This document shows, in pieces, positions 32,351 to 42,867 of a stretch of 64,000 bases of DNA. The stretch is from Cyanidioschyzon merolae (Eukaryota): NCBI GenBank assembly GCA_000091205.1, contig AP006499.2; one strand, given 5' to 3'. Both the position numbers and the translations under genes were made by a program. Under the pieces are notes generated by a model. That model searched no databases, was not told the DNA's origin, and worked only from the letters and a program-made list of their open reading frames with translations. How positions within the stretch are numbered: the stretch's first letter is position 1; each line of letters begins with the position of its first letter.

Positions 32351-33614
32351 TTCTGTTCGGAGCGTATACTTTACCATAGACAAGTTGCGAGTGGTGTCTG
32401 CGTCTGACGATATGACCGTACGCATCACGGATATTCCTAGTGAACAGTGCCTGCTCAGCTTACACCACGCAGACCGAGTTCGGGCCCAGACGCCGTGCCC
32501 AGCATCGCCGCATCTGTGGCTCACCGGTTGCTACGACGGCGCGGTGCGACTCTTTGACCTCAGGTTGCCCAGTCAGAAGCCCGTTCGCATGGTCTGGCAT
32601 GCACAGCATGGGCAAGTTGACGACGTCTGTTTCCTCGATAGCGAGAGCAGCACCTTCGTCGCTTCGGGCGGCGGCTCGTCAGTGCGCTGCTGGGAGCTGC
32701 TCCATTCTAGCAGCGATGTGGAGGCTGGTTCACAACGCGCGCTGCTCGCTGAGCTTGAACCGCATCGGAAGGCAGTGATGTCGTTAGCACTGGATGCAAC
32801 CCGACGCCGATTGCTGTCCGTGTCACTTGATGGGGCTTTGAAAGTCCACGATCTGAGCGTCCTTTCAACCTTGCATACGAGATCCATTGGAGCCGGTTGC
32901 CTCTGCATGGATCTCTCTGCCGATGGGCGGAGTCTCGCGACCGGCCATGTGGACGGTCAGCTTCGCATCGAGCGACGTGGCGTGAGCAAACCTAGTGGCA
33001 TTGAAAACGAGACCAATGTGGACGAACGATCCGGTGAACCGGACTGGGCGAGTCTCGCGCGAGGTCACCTTGACCGCGGTGATGCCCTGCGGCCGTACCG
33101 TCCGGGAACACGTCGCTACTTTCTGCGTGGCATGTACGCGAAGCCCGACAGCGACATCGACGACGTGATTCTTGGTGATGGCGACTCCACGAGCGGCACA
33201 AGTCGACGACGACGACGACAGCATGATCAGAAACCCTACGATCACCATCTGAGACGCTTTGCGTACGACAAAGCGCTGAGCGCTGTCTTAGAAACGAATC
33301 AGAGTGGTTTGATCGTGAGCATGCTGGTAGAGCTCGACCGTCGCAAAGGCCTCCAAAATGCGCTCTCTAGCCTGAATGAGCAGCAAATGATAACCTTAAT
33401 CGAGTTTATTGCGAAGCATATCGCGGACAGCCGCTATATCCAGGTGCTTGTACCGGTCTCGCATCTAATTGTTGACATGCATCATACGAAAGATTCTCTC
33501 TCAGGCTCCTTACTTGCCGCGCTGCAACGACTCGCAGCTCGCGTTCAACAACAGGTTCATCATCTCGGCGATATGGAGAAGATGGCTGCAGCGATCGAGC
33601 TCTTCCTCTCGTGA
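32351..33614 (+). CDS. UTP15: UTP15, exon 2 (remaining WD repeats plus UTP15_C domain).
   Basis: C-terminal region (RRRRRQHD...FAYDKALSAVLE...ELDRRKGLQNALSSLNEQQMITLIEFIAKHI...) matches the UTP15 C-terminal domain. Confidence 0.8.
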
Positions 33615-34301
33615 TCCCGGGTGCGACTACCTGGAAATTATGCCGTTCGCATGAATTCGAGTCTTCCTGTGCGTTGCTTGAACATGCAACGTCCGTTTTC
33701 CCAGTCTCAAAATAGAGAGCGAGTTAGGCCCTGTGTGCACAGCGGTCATACTTCGCAAAGAGCGACCTGCAGCTCTGAGCAGGCGTACGCGACTCTCCGA
33801 TGATGGTGCATCGAATACTGGGGGCTTCGCCAGGTCGCTCCGGTCGAGCGTAGTGTAAAGCCACACGCCATGTCGAGGCAATCCCATGCTCTTCCGAAAC
33901 CTGCTTCGCACGTTATCATTGTGCTGCGCATGATGCTCAGGGATCACGTCCATAGACTTGGCGCTGCGCTTCGCGTATACTTCCTAGTGAATATCGCACG
34001 TGTGGGCGTCTTCGAGCGTTTTCGGTCGCTGACGACAACCGCTAGCGATCGTTGTTGATCGGAAACGCCGCTGTTATTCATAGATAGCGGAAGCATCGGC
34101 CACCGCAGCGCTTGTGCTGTGTTGTGATCGCGACATGTCCCGACAACGGCTCGTGGTACTTGTTGCACGAAATCTTAGCCATCATTCACGACATGTATGC
34201 ACGGTATCCGTCTGGCCACTTTGCAGACCCGGCAACCATACGCCTTTTCTAACCTATGCTTGCAAGCGAGTCGCGGTCACGCTCGTCCATACAACGCTAG
34301 G

Positions 34302-34925
34302 CTACGCTGCTGGAGAGCCCGGGGCTGCTTGCCGACCGTAGAGGGTCTGGGGTTCCACGAGCACCGGCAGCGCCTCCTCGGTCTGACCGTCTGCCGCAAC
34401 GCGTTGCCAGAAACAAGAGTAACGACCTGTGTGACACGCTACACCGACCTGCTTGACTCGCAGCAAAAGCGCATCCATATCGCAGTCAAAGTAAAGCTCT
34501 CGGACCCACTGGACTTGCCCTGAGGTATCTCCTTTTCGCCACAATGCTTTTCGGGAACGAGAGTAGTACACAGCTCTACCGCTCTGTAACGTCTCCGAGA
34601 GGGCGTCTCGATTCATATACGCCAACATGAGCACTTGATTCGTTTCTGCGTCCTGAACTATCGCTGGTACGAGACCAGCGGCATCGAAGCGTACCCGACG
34701 CCAGGTCTCCGCTGTGAGCTCCTGCACCGAGTTGCTGACGGAAAACACCCCAAACTGTCGCCGGACCGAACGAGGCAACGTTTCCTCAACAGTACACCAC
34801 TTGCAGAAACGCGCACATTGTGCACGCTCGCTTGTCCCCGAGAAAGCGCCCTTCGTTGGCGCCCAGAGCGCTGCAGCCGCACCCGAACGTCCACCAGAGC
34901 GGAAACTTGCAGCCGGGACCCACAT
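34302..34925 (-). CDS. hisI: Phosphoribosyl-AMP cyclohydrolase (HisI domain only; no HisE domain follows).
   Basis: [54 protein letters not shown].....[21 protein letters not shown] roughly 75-aa N-terminal extension precedes it. Confidence 0.8.
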   Translation of the reverse strand: MWVPAASFRSGGRSGAAAALWAPTKGAFSGTSERAQCARFCKWCTVEETLPRSVRRQFGVFSVSNSVQELTAETWRRVRFDAAGLVPAIVQDAETNQVLMLAYMNRDALSETLQSGRAVYYSRSRKALWRKGDTSGQVQWVRELYFDCDMDALLLRVKQVGVACHTGRYSCFWQRVAADGQTEEALPVLVEPQTLYGRQAAPGSPAA

Positions 34926-34957
34926 GTTTGCTCCGCCAGTGCAGCGTACGCAGACCC

Positions 34958-37453
34958 TTAGTTCACTTTATCCCAACGTGAGCGTTTTCGTACGGATCGC
35001 GCCTCCACCGCTGACCTGGTTGGTACAGCTTCGAGAGCCGCTCCGCTCCAGCGAGCTCGCCGCTCCGACGACGAACGCTGTGGCGCTTGCGGCGACAGCG
35101 GAGCATGTGCAGTCGCTGCTCGACTTTGTGGCTGCTGTGATACCGAAGCACTCTGCTGGGGCATACAGTCTGACGCCGTCAGGGCACAAACGCAACGCAT
35201 GAACGGTTGTTTTGCGATGAGGAGTTCATAGAACAAGAGACGTGGTGGTGCCCACTCCCGCCCATGTACACAGCTTGACGGGTGCAGCCGCAGCGGTGTC
35301 CGCTGGAGTCGGCAGCGTTGCTCTGAAGCGACAGCTGCTGTCTGCACGACAACGGGGTTGTCATCGTCGTCAGGACGCTCGTGAACGTAGGTACCACGGC
35401 TGGTGAGTCTGGCAGTTTGGTCCGCAAAAGCGGTATATAGTGCTGCAGCTAGCGCCTCCGGGCGGGATGCCAACGGCTGCCGCAGGTAGACGGAGAGCTG
35501 TTTGCAAATGCTCTCCGCAAGACGCAGCACACGTTCGGAGATGCCGAGGCGATAGCACCAAAGCGTTGCGTCCGAGGCTGCTTTCCAGGCATCAAAAACT
35601 CGTGCAAACAAGAGAAAGTCGTTATATGCCAGAGGGTCTCGTAGTTGATTCGGTTTCGTTCGACAAAAACGGGGAACTGCTTCAGCAAGACCCCGTCTGG
35701 TGAGCAGCGGGTAGCCTGTCGACAGAATCGCAACGGCACTCAGGAGCTCTCTGGTGCAGCCGAGCTCCTCTGCAGCTAGGAGCGCCCTAGCGAGCCGCGC
35801 TTCTAGGGGCATGTCCGCCATGCGTTGTCCGAGTGGTACTGAGAGCACCTCGCGGGCGCTTGAGCAGCTCTGGAGCTTACGCTCCGACAGCGCTGCGGGC
35901 GGGGCTACGGCGCTGTTTTCCGTGTCTTGTGAGCCCGTACGCTCCGCTGCTGCTTCTGTTTCTGCTTCAGCAACTGTGGTCAGGGCACCGAGGCGTCGCA
36001 GGAGCCGCAAGCTGCGCCGGACGTTCGCGGTATCCGGTGGATCCAACCAGACAATCTCGTCGAGACGATCGATGCCCATCCGCTTCAATAAAAGAAATGC
36101 GTCTGATAGATCCACCCGTTTGATTTCCGGAATCAACTCCGGCGCCATTTGCTCACTGTAAAACTCCCTGGTGTATAACCGATAGCATACCCCAGGCGAG
36201 CTTCGCCCGGCTCGCCCGGCGCGTTGCTCTGCTGCCGCCTGCGACGCTGGAACGACCTCCAGGTGATCATAGATACGCTGCTTAACGTAACCAGAGTCGA
36301 TGACGACTCTAACGTTGGGTAACGTTAGCGAAGTTTCCGCGACGTTCGTAGCCAGGATAACTCGCAGCGTCCCCGGTGGAGGTCTTTCACAGCATATTCT
36401 GACCTGCTCACTGGAGGGCAGCGCCCCGTACAAGGCGACGGTAAGCACTCGCGGCTGCGTCGCTGCGCGGTTCAGAGAGTCGACACCGAGCCCTGGTTGC
36501 TTCATTGATGTCCCTTCATCGCTGCAGGAGCTTTTGTTCGTTGCGGAGGCGTCTGAAGCTCCACCAGATCGATGAATTTTCGACGTCGTCGTCATCGTTG
36601 TCGCCGGGGAGCAAGCCAACGTCTGCTGCGCCTGGTGCTTCATCAATTGTGCGGCTCGTTCGATCTCCTCCTGGCCGGTGAGGAACACCAACACATCCAT
36701 TCCGTCGACGATACGATCCCGCTGGTTGTGCTTGCTCTCGCACCATTCCCCAAAGACCTGCATGACCTGGGATACGGCAGCGAGTACGTAATCCTCAGGC
36801 ATACTGATCGCATACGCGATGCGGACTGGATACCTACGACCCACGATACGCAGCACCGGTGCCCCGCCGAAGAACGCAGAAAACTGATCCGCATTGAGCG
36901 TTGCCGACGACACCACGAGTCGCGGTAACTTTCTCGGGTTGTTCGAAGTGGGGTTTGCTGTGGCATCCTGCTGCCATAGGAGGCGGCGAAATAGGGCCAG
37001 CAGTAGATCTGTGGCGAGACTCCGCTCATGGGCATCATCCACCATGACGAGATCGTATGCGGAGGCCAGTGGATCTCGCACGAACGCTCGGAGCATCCAA
37101 CCGTCAGTGACGTACTTGATGTGCGTTAGGCCCGGTGTCGTCTGATCAGCGAAGCGCACGCTATAACCGACCTCACATCCTAGTTTGACGCCCAATTCTG
37201 TAGCGACGCGAGAGGCTAGCGCCATCGCCGCAAGCCGCCTCGGTTGTGTGCAAGCGATCCAGTTGAAACCGCCCTGCTTCCATAAGAACGCGGGAACCTT
37301 GGTAGACTTGCCAGTGCCGGTTTCTGCGACAAGAATGACCACCGGGTGACGCTCCAGCAGCGCGCACAACGCAGGTCCAGCAGCGTCCGGCGAAACCCCG
37401 CTATCGTTCTCGAGCTCGACTGCAGAGTCCTGTGCGCAAGCCCCAGCCCACAT
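34958..37453 (-). CDS. DEAH-box ATP-dependent RNA helicase (DHX family).
   Basis: [11 protein letters not shown] (motif I), DDAHER (DEAH), SAT, the helicase C domain with a low-complexity insert, and HA2/OB regions. The first ATG is at 37453 (the track ORF starts at TTG 37459). Confidence 0.85.
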   Translation of the reverse strand: MWAGACAQDSAVELENDSGVSPDAAGPALCALLERHPVVILVAETGTGKSTKVPAFLWKQGGFNWIACTQPRRLAAMALASRVATELGVKLGCEVGYSVRFADQTTPGLTHIKYVTDGWMLRAFVRDPLASAYDLVMVDDAHERSLATDLLLALFRRLLWQQDATANPTSNNPRKLPRLVVSSATLNADQFSAFFGGAPVLRIVGRRYPVRIAYAISMPEDYVLAAVSQVMQVFGEWCESKHNQRDRIVDGMDVLVFLTGQEEIERAAQLMKHQAQQTLACSPATTMTTTSKIHRSGGASDASATNKSSCSDEGTSMKQPGLGVDSLNRAATQPRVLTVALYGALPSSEQVRICCERPPPGTLRVILATNVAETSLTLPNVRVVIDSGYVKQRIYDHLEVVPASQAAAEQRAGRAGRSSPGVCYRLYTREFYSEQMAPELIPEIKRVDLSDAFLLLKRMGIDRLDEIVWLDPPDTANVRRSLRLLRRLGALTTVAEAETEAAAERTGSQDTENSAVAPPAALSERKLQSCSSAREVLSVPLGQRMADMPLEARLARALLAAEELGCTRELLSAVAILSTGYPLLTRRGLAEAVPRFCRTKPNQLRDPLAYNDFLLFARVFDAWKAASDATLWCYRLGISERVLRLAESICKQLSVYLRQPLASRPEALAAALYTAFADQTARLTSRGTYVHERPDDDDNPVVVQTAAVASEQRCRLQRTPLRLHPSSCVHGREWAPPRLLFYELLIAKQPFMRCVCALTASDCMPQQSASVSQQPQSRAATAHAPLSPQAPQRSSSERRARWSGAALEAVPTRSAVEARSVRKRSRWDKVN

Positions 37454-37876
37454 GCCCAACAGGTGTCATGAACTAGACCATATACGAAGACAAGTACTAC
37501 CTAGTTCACCGGAAATACGCGTGCTGCCTGCTGCAGAGGCGTAACACGAAACACATCACGAGTGCAGTTGCAGGGTCACCACGGAAGCGTCGAACGGCGG
37601 TGGCGGACGCTGTCGAGGAGGCGCCTCCGAAGCCCCACAAGTGCGCCTACGGCTTTTGTTGTAAACGACGCTAGTGCAGGAAGCCTCAGGTTTTATTCTT
37701 TTGGTTCTGGTGCTTCGCTATCGTTTCTCAGGTGCTTGGGGCGGGTGTGTTGGTGTTTAGGTACCTGCTGCCTCTTTGGAGGCGGTTTCGCTACCGTTGG
37801 CGAGCACGCTCAGGAGTTGCGCTGTAGAGCTGGCACACCCCGGGCGCTTCAGTGCGGCTTTTTGGCGGCATCCGAA

Positions 37877-39319
37877 ATGGATATCGGTCTGGCGGTGCGG
37901 TCTCCGCTTGATGCTCTAGATCTACCCTCCAGAGATGTTTCGACACTGCTGAGGTACTTGTCGTTGACCCGCGTCCAGCGGGCTGCACTGGTTCAAGCTG
38001 AGCTAGTGGAGGTCGTGGCCACGGCGCATAGGGCCACTGCTCGGCTTGTTGAGCGTTTGAAGCTCGCGAGCACCCAAGGAATCAAAGCAGAGTCCTTTAA
38101 TAGGGCTGTGGGTGCCATGCAGGAGATTCTAGAGTCCCTGATGGAACCAGCTGCGGGTAGGGCACTTGACGAAACGGGTCGGCGGCGTCTCGAGTGGTTC
38201 CGCCAGCACGACGACTGGGGTCGGTACGTCGACCTCGCACTGTACGCTGGCGTGCACCGGCCCGCGGGCATCCTCCTGGGAAACCCATTGACCGACGCTG
38301 AGCAGGAGCGGCCGCTTCTGGAGCAGTTCGCACCGGTGCTCGTGTCGAGTTTGTGGCAACGCTTGGGGCCTTTTCGCACCGCGCACTACGCTGACCCCTT
38401 GCTGATGGATGCGCTGCTATCTACAACGGCCTTTTTGCGTAACAGCACAGCCAGGATCATATTTAGCACGAGTAACGTCTTCCATGAGGGGGACGGAGAG
38501 CCCAACAAAGCCGCTGAAGCGGCGGAGATGCCATCAGCTCCCTCGTCTTTTTTTGGTAAGCAGCACGTCCACGGGATTTCGGCGCTCAGTGCTTATCTTG
38601 AGCAGCCAGCCGCAGCGCCTCTGGAAGTCATCTACCAGGTGTTGTTCAGTCTGTGGCTGTTGTCTTTTTCTGTGCGGGAAATCGGACCGGAGCCTTTCGA
38701 AAGCGGCCGATTACCTCTACGATTGAATGGCGTTCTGCGTGAGCTCAAGGCTCAAAAGGCGGTGCGCTTGACGCTTGCCGTTTTACGCAACCTATCCGAG
38801 GACGCGACACTCTGTCGAGAGATGATCGGTGCGGGCATTGCAACGTATCTGGGCACAAATAATGCTGCACTTCGTCGATGGAATGATGAAGAACTCCAGC
38901 TCGACGTGATGCACCTGCGAAGCCGACTAGCAGAGGAGCTTTCCTCCATGACTTCGTTAGAGATGTATCTGGAGGAGCTCCTCGTCGGTTCGCTAGACTG
39001 GACACCAGCGCACCGGGATGCAGCATTTTGGGAGGAAAACGCAAACAAATTTGAAGCGGAAAATTGGAAAGTCTTGCGTCGATTGTGTACGTTGATCCGG
39101 GACTCGCAAGATGCCCACACGCTCAATATTGCTATGAACGATGTTTGTGAAATTTTGCGGGTACAACCGCGAGCGCGGCTCATCCTCGAAACCGAGCAGA
39201 TCAAACCACGTCTGTTGGAGCTGCTCACCCATTCTAGCAGCGACGTGAAGCGACGAGCGCTCTCTTGTCTACAGAGACTCGTACTTAGTGGGTCGCGAGC
39301 GATCCCCAGCATGAACTAG
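37877..39319 (+). CDS. ATP6V1H: V-type H+-ATPase subunit H (VMA13/ATP6V1H).
   Basis: About 480 aa from the first ATG (the track ORF starts at GTG 37562). YQVLFSLWLLSF, and the C-terminal domain LDWTPAHRDAAFWEENANKFE..NWKVLRRL..LI..S.D...L.IA..DV.E.LR..P..R.IL match subunit H. Confidence 0.8.
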   Translation: MDIGLAVRSPLDALDLPSRDVSTLLRYLSLTRVQRAALVQAELVEVVATAHRATARLVERLKLASTQGIKAESFNRAVGAMQEILESLMEPAAGRALDETGRRRLEWFRQHDDWGRYVDLALYAGVHRPAGILLGNPLTDAEQERPLLEQFAPVLVSSLWQRLGPFRTAHYADPLLMDALLSTTAFLRNSTARIIFSTSNVFHEGDGEPNKAAEAAEMPSAPSSFFGKQHVHGISALSAYLEQPAAAPLEVIYQVLFSLWLLSFSVREIGPEPFESGRLPLRLNGVLRELKAQKAVRLTLAVLRNLSEDATLCREMIGAGIATYLGTNNAALRRWNDEELQLDVMHLRSRLAEELSSMTSLEMYLEELLVGSLDWTPAHRDAAFWEENANKFEAENWKVLRRLCTLIRDSQDAHTLNIAMNDVCEILRVQPRARLILETEQIKPRLLELLTHSSSDVKRRALSCLQRLVLSGSRAIPSMN

Positions 39320-40579
39320 CCAACAGATATCGTGCAGCGGCACAGGCAGGTGCAGTCATCTGCAGGATTCACCTGAATAGTGCCGTGGCGATCTAGTTGG
39401 CCTCAGCGCCCAGTGATTTACGTGTTTCTCACTCGTGCCTGCAAGGACGCTGACGCCTGAGGTGCCTCGTTTTCGCACTAGATGACCTTAGCGCTTTTGC
39501 TGCATCGAAGCAGGGTACTGTGGTTGTTGCCGGCTCAGCGGTTTCGGCAAATGAGGTGGTGCAACATCGCTTCCCGACTCTGCTGATGTCGATTGCTTGC
39601 GTAGTGTGCCTGGCTGTTGGATGCCAAAGTCGCAGCCATTGCTGCGTAAACGGATGACGTCTGGATCAGACTCCGGGGACACGAGTTGGCCGCTTATCCT
39701 TGTTCTGTGAGATATTGCGTGACCGCGGAGCATTTTGTGTCATGGAGCGGGGTCGTATTCGGCTGCAGCGCTGAATACGACCTGCACTTGATCGGACAAG
39801 TCGTCCGTGTCCACGAGTGTCTCCATCCCGGAATCAAGGTTTTTGTTTTTATCAAACCAAGGCGCTTTCACTCTTTGGCGAACTGCTAGACGCGTGACTG
39901 GTTCATCCATGAGGCTCTCTAAACTGTGCGTCGGTGCTCGGCGCTGATATCATTCCAAAAGCACCGCGAGGCACGTGCTTTCTCCGCAAGTTGACTTGAC
40001 GTTTTTTCGACAGAGACAAAGCTTTGGGATAGTTTTCGTGTCTCTCTCTCTCCAGTACCTGCACAGCATCTGTTCATAAACTGATTCAAAGTTTGTTAGA
40101 CAACTGGTTACACAAACCGTGGCGGTTTGGATAGGTGCTTCGAATTCGCACCAGCTCCCTGTACCAGTCGGGCACTCTTCCTCAGCGCACGAGCCCTACG
40201 ACAACGGCTTTGTTCCTTTGCAACGAAACCTTTCTGTGCAGAGACGTGCGGGAGCCGTACGCAGAAACGACTTTGCGTAACGCAACCGTTCTTGTTGTGC
40301 AACGTGTCCCGGGTCAATGGCGACTTTCCAAGGACCCCGACACAACTGCGGGCGTGGTTATGTGTTGCGCGTTACTTGTCAGTGCTGATGCGGTTGCGTT
40401 CTTGCCGCGTTTCCACCGCCTCTCGCTAGATGGCAAGGCCTCTCTCGCACTTGATAGCGCAGAACGCTACCAGAAGCAGCTCCTGTGAGGGAGCATTGAC
40501 GCAGGTTTCGGCCGCGGCTGGCGGCGCGCCAGTGCTAGGGAAGCGTTGCGAAAGTGGTGTCCAGCGGGCAAGTTCTTGA

Positions 40580-41311
40580 ATGACTTCCGACATCACCTCA
40601 GGTTTTGCAGCAGTTGCAACTGCTCTGGAGCACGAGGGCCAGCTCCGGGAGCGACTCCGTCTGCAACGAGACGAACTTGATGTTGCGGTGCGCTCTCTGG
40701 AGACGCAACTCAGTCGACTCCACTACGAGGTGGACTGGTCGGACGCGGTTGCAGGCGCTCGTCAGCAACTGCGAACGATAGGGTCAGGTTTTCTTGAGTT
40801 ACAGAGCCTCGTGCCCGAGGGCATGTTCTACAAGTACAACGATCTATGGCGCCAGTGCAGCATCCACATCGTGCAGAGCTGCTTGCTCATTCGGTTCTTT
40901 GAAACGGTCCACGCACCGGGGCCCCAGTTCAGTGACAATCTCGACCAGAGTCAAGCAAACGACAGCGTCGAAACTTGCACTGCAGCTCTGGTGACAAAAG
41001 ACGAGGTGCTTGAGATGCTCGACGGTGAAAAGGCGCCGACACAACCTGCACTGCGTCTCGACCTTGAGGAATACCTGCTGGGCCTGTGCGGCGGTATTCA
41101 GGAGCTCGCGCGGCTCGCGGCGAACCGGGTTGTACTGGGCGACTATGCAACCCCGCGCAAGCTCGCTTTTTTCTGCAACCAGGTCTATGCAGGCTTTCGA
41201 CTGTTAAACTTTCGGAATGACTCTCTTCGCCGCAGCTACGATGCACTGAAATACGCGATTCAGCGACTTGATAGCATTCTGTATGACTTGCGCATTCGCA
41301 AGTTGTCGTGA
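40580..41311 (+). CDS. TSN: Translin (TSN) family nucleic-acid-binding protein.
   Basis: 243 aa. EYLLGLCGGIQELARLAANRVVLGDYATPRKLAFFCNQVYAGFRLLNFRNDSLRRSYDALKYAIQRLDSILYDLRIRK aligns closely with the human translin C-terminal half. Confidence 0.85.
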   Translation: MTSDITSGFAAVATALEHEGQLRERLRLQRDELDVAVRSLETQLSRLHYEVDWSDAVAGARQQLRTIGSGFLELQSLVPEGMFYKYNDLWRQCSIHIVQSCLLIRFFETVHAPGPQFSDNLDQSQANDSVETCTAALVTKDEVLEMLDGEKAPTQPALRLDLEEYLLGLCGGIQELARLAANRVVLGDYATPRKLAFFCNQVYAGFRLLNFRNDSLRRSYDALKYAIQRLDSILYDLRIRKLS

Positions 41312-41602
41312 GCAACGGGACATGTCGGCCGTGTAGATTGGGGCATCGGCGACGGGTTCTTCACCTATGACCTGGTGTTCGAGGTGGTGCGACGCTTGGG
41401 GATAGAGCGGATCCGACGCTAGAGCAGCTCAAAAAGATATGATGCCAAACCTTTGACTCCAGACTGCTGTCGACAAGGACGCCTTCACCCAGACCAGCGC
41501 TGACGGATTCCAGTAAATGCATTGGATGTATCGCAGTGACCGGGCTGGATCTTGTGCTCTACAAACGCGTCGGTACGCATCCTCCTGCTAGTAGTGACAG
41601 AT

Positions 41603-41627
41603 GCGTGCGTGCGTGCGTGCGTGCGTG
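41603..41627. repeat. (GCGT)6 tetranucleotide microsatellite.
   Basis: gcgtgcgtgcgtgcgtgcgtgcgtg. Confidence 0.9.
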
Positions 41628-42018
41628 GAAGGCGTCGCCGCCGCTGCTGCGCTGCCTTCCCTTTTACGACGATCGTGGACAAAATTTGGGAATAGCTGCG
41701 CTGAGGCGCGCGGACTGTCAGAGCGTCTCTGAAGGAACGGAAACCGTTGCATTGTTCGTTGGTAGCACGCGCGTATCCTAGAGTTCTAGTGAGTATCATC
41801 GTCCGTAGAGGGAAGTATCGACATTGGCGTATTCCAGCATGGCGCGCTGGCCGGTGCCGGTCAGCGCCTCTAGAAGCATCTGTCCATTATTGTACTAGAA
41901 GGTAAAGTGATTTCGTTTTTTCCGTGAAGCGCCTCGGATCCGCTTCACTGCCATTCCCAGCGAACATCATATTTCCCCGTGTTTTCAACACATCTTTCGG
42001 CACGTTGCGTTTCGCTTC

Positions 42019-42867
42019 ATGTTCACCGTACCAATCTGTAAACAACAGCAATTTCGGACGCTATGGTCCAGCGGCGTGCTCTGCAGAGAATCGAACATTG
42101 TTCAAGGCAAGATGTTGTCGGTGCCTTTACGACGAACCGTGTTGCGTACACCGCTGCACTGTAGCACGGAAACAACGGAGCCGACGAAACGAGCCACCGG
42201 GGTCGCAGACCCGGTCGAAGCGCGAGTACGAAAGGAACTCGAGTCAGCAGGCATTGAACTCGAGCAACTACTGAACCCATCAAAGGTCGTTAACTTAGAA
42301 CGCAAACTCGCCGAGTACCAAACCAGACTCGCTGAGCTCACGAGCTCCGGGAATGCGGCTGAAAGAGACCGCCTTCTCAGCAAGTTTTCCAAGATGCAGC
42401 GTGAACTTGAACAGGAGAAACGCGCGGTAATGCGTCAATGGCTGAAGAATCTTTTCGTCGCTCAGGGCATACTTACAGCTGCGCTGGGTGGATGGATGGC
42501 GTTCGATTCTAGACTACCCTTGTATGTGCAAGCGCTCGGTTTTTGGATGGTCTGGCTATTCACGATTCCGTCTTTACGCGCTCGTAAGCCGTCTAGTGCA
42601 GAGAAGAATGCGTTGAATGTATCCTTTCTAATAGCGCCGGTGATGAACTTGGTGCTGCCTGTTTTCCTCAAGGATACCGGCGAGTTATGGCTAGCTCAAA
42701 TATTACAGCTGATCGGCTGTTATCTGTACTACGGGGTCTGGACACCGTCCAGTGTCAAGGACGCACGCAAGACTGCTGTACAGCAGGAAGATCAGGGCGG
42801 TACAAAACGTCTCAACGTTCGATTACCCGCTATTCTGCGCTGGCTTGATTGGGGCAGTTGGCGATGA
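42019..42867 (+). CDS. Hypothetical membrane protein. It has an N-terminal Ser/Thr/Arg-rich region that may be an organellar presequence, a coiled-coil segment, then 3-4 TM helices.
   Basis: 282-aa ORF from ATG, with an alternative ATG at 42112 (MLSVPLRRTVLRTPLHCS...). Hydrophobic helices include ILTAALGGWMAF, YVQALGFWMVWLFTI, VSFLIAPVMNLVLPVFL and ILQLIGCYLYYGVW. No family assigned. Confidence 0.45.
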   Translation: MFTVPICKQQQFRTLWSSGVLCRESNIVQGKMLSVPLRRTVLRTPLHCSTETTEPTKRATGVADPVEARVRKELESAGIELEQLLNPSKVVNLERKLAEYQTRLAELTSSGNAAERDRLLSKFSKMQRELEQEKRAVMRQWLKNLFVAQGILTAALGGWMAFDSRLPLYVQALGFWMVWLFTIPSLRARKPSSAEKNALNVSFLIAPVMNLVLPVFLKDTGELWLAQILQLIGCYLYYGVWTPSSVKDARKTAVQQEDQGGTKRLNVRLPAILRWLDWGSWR

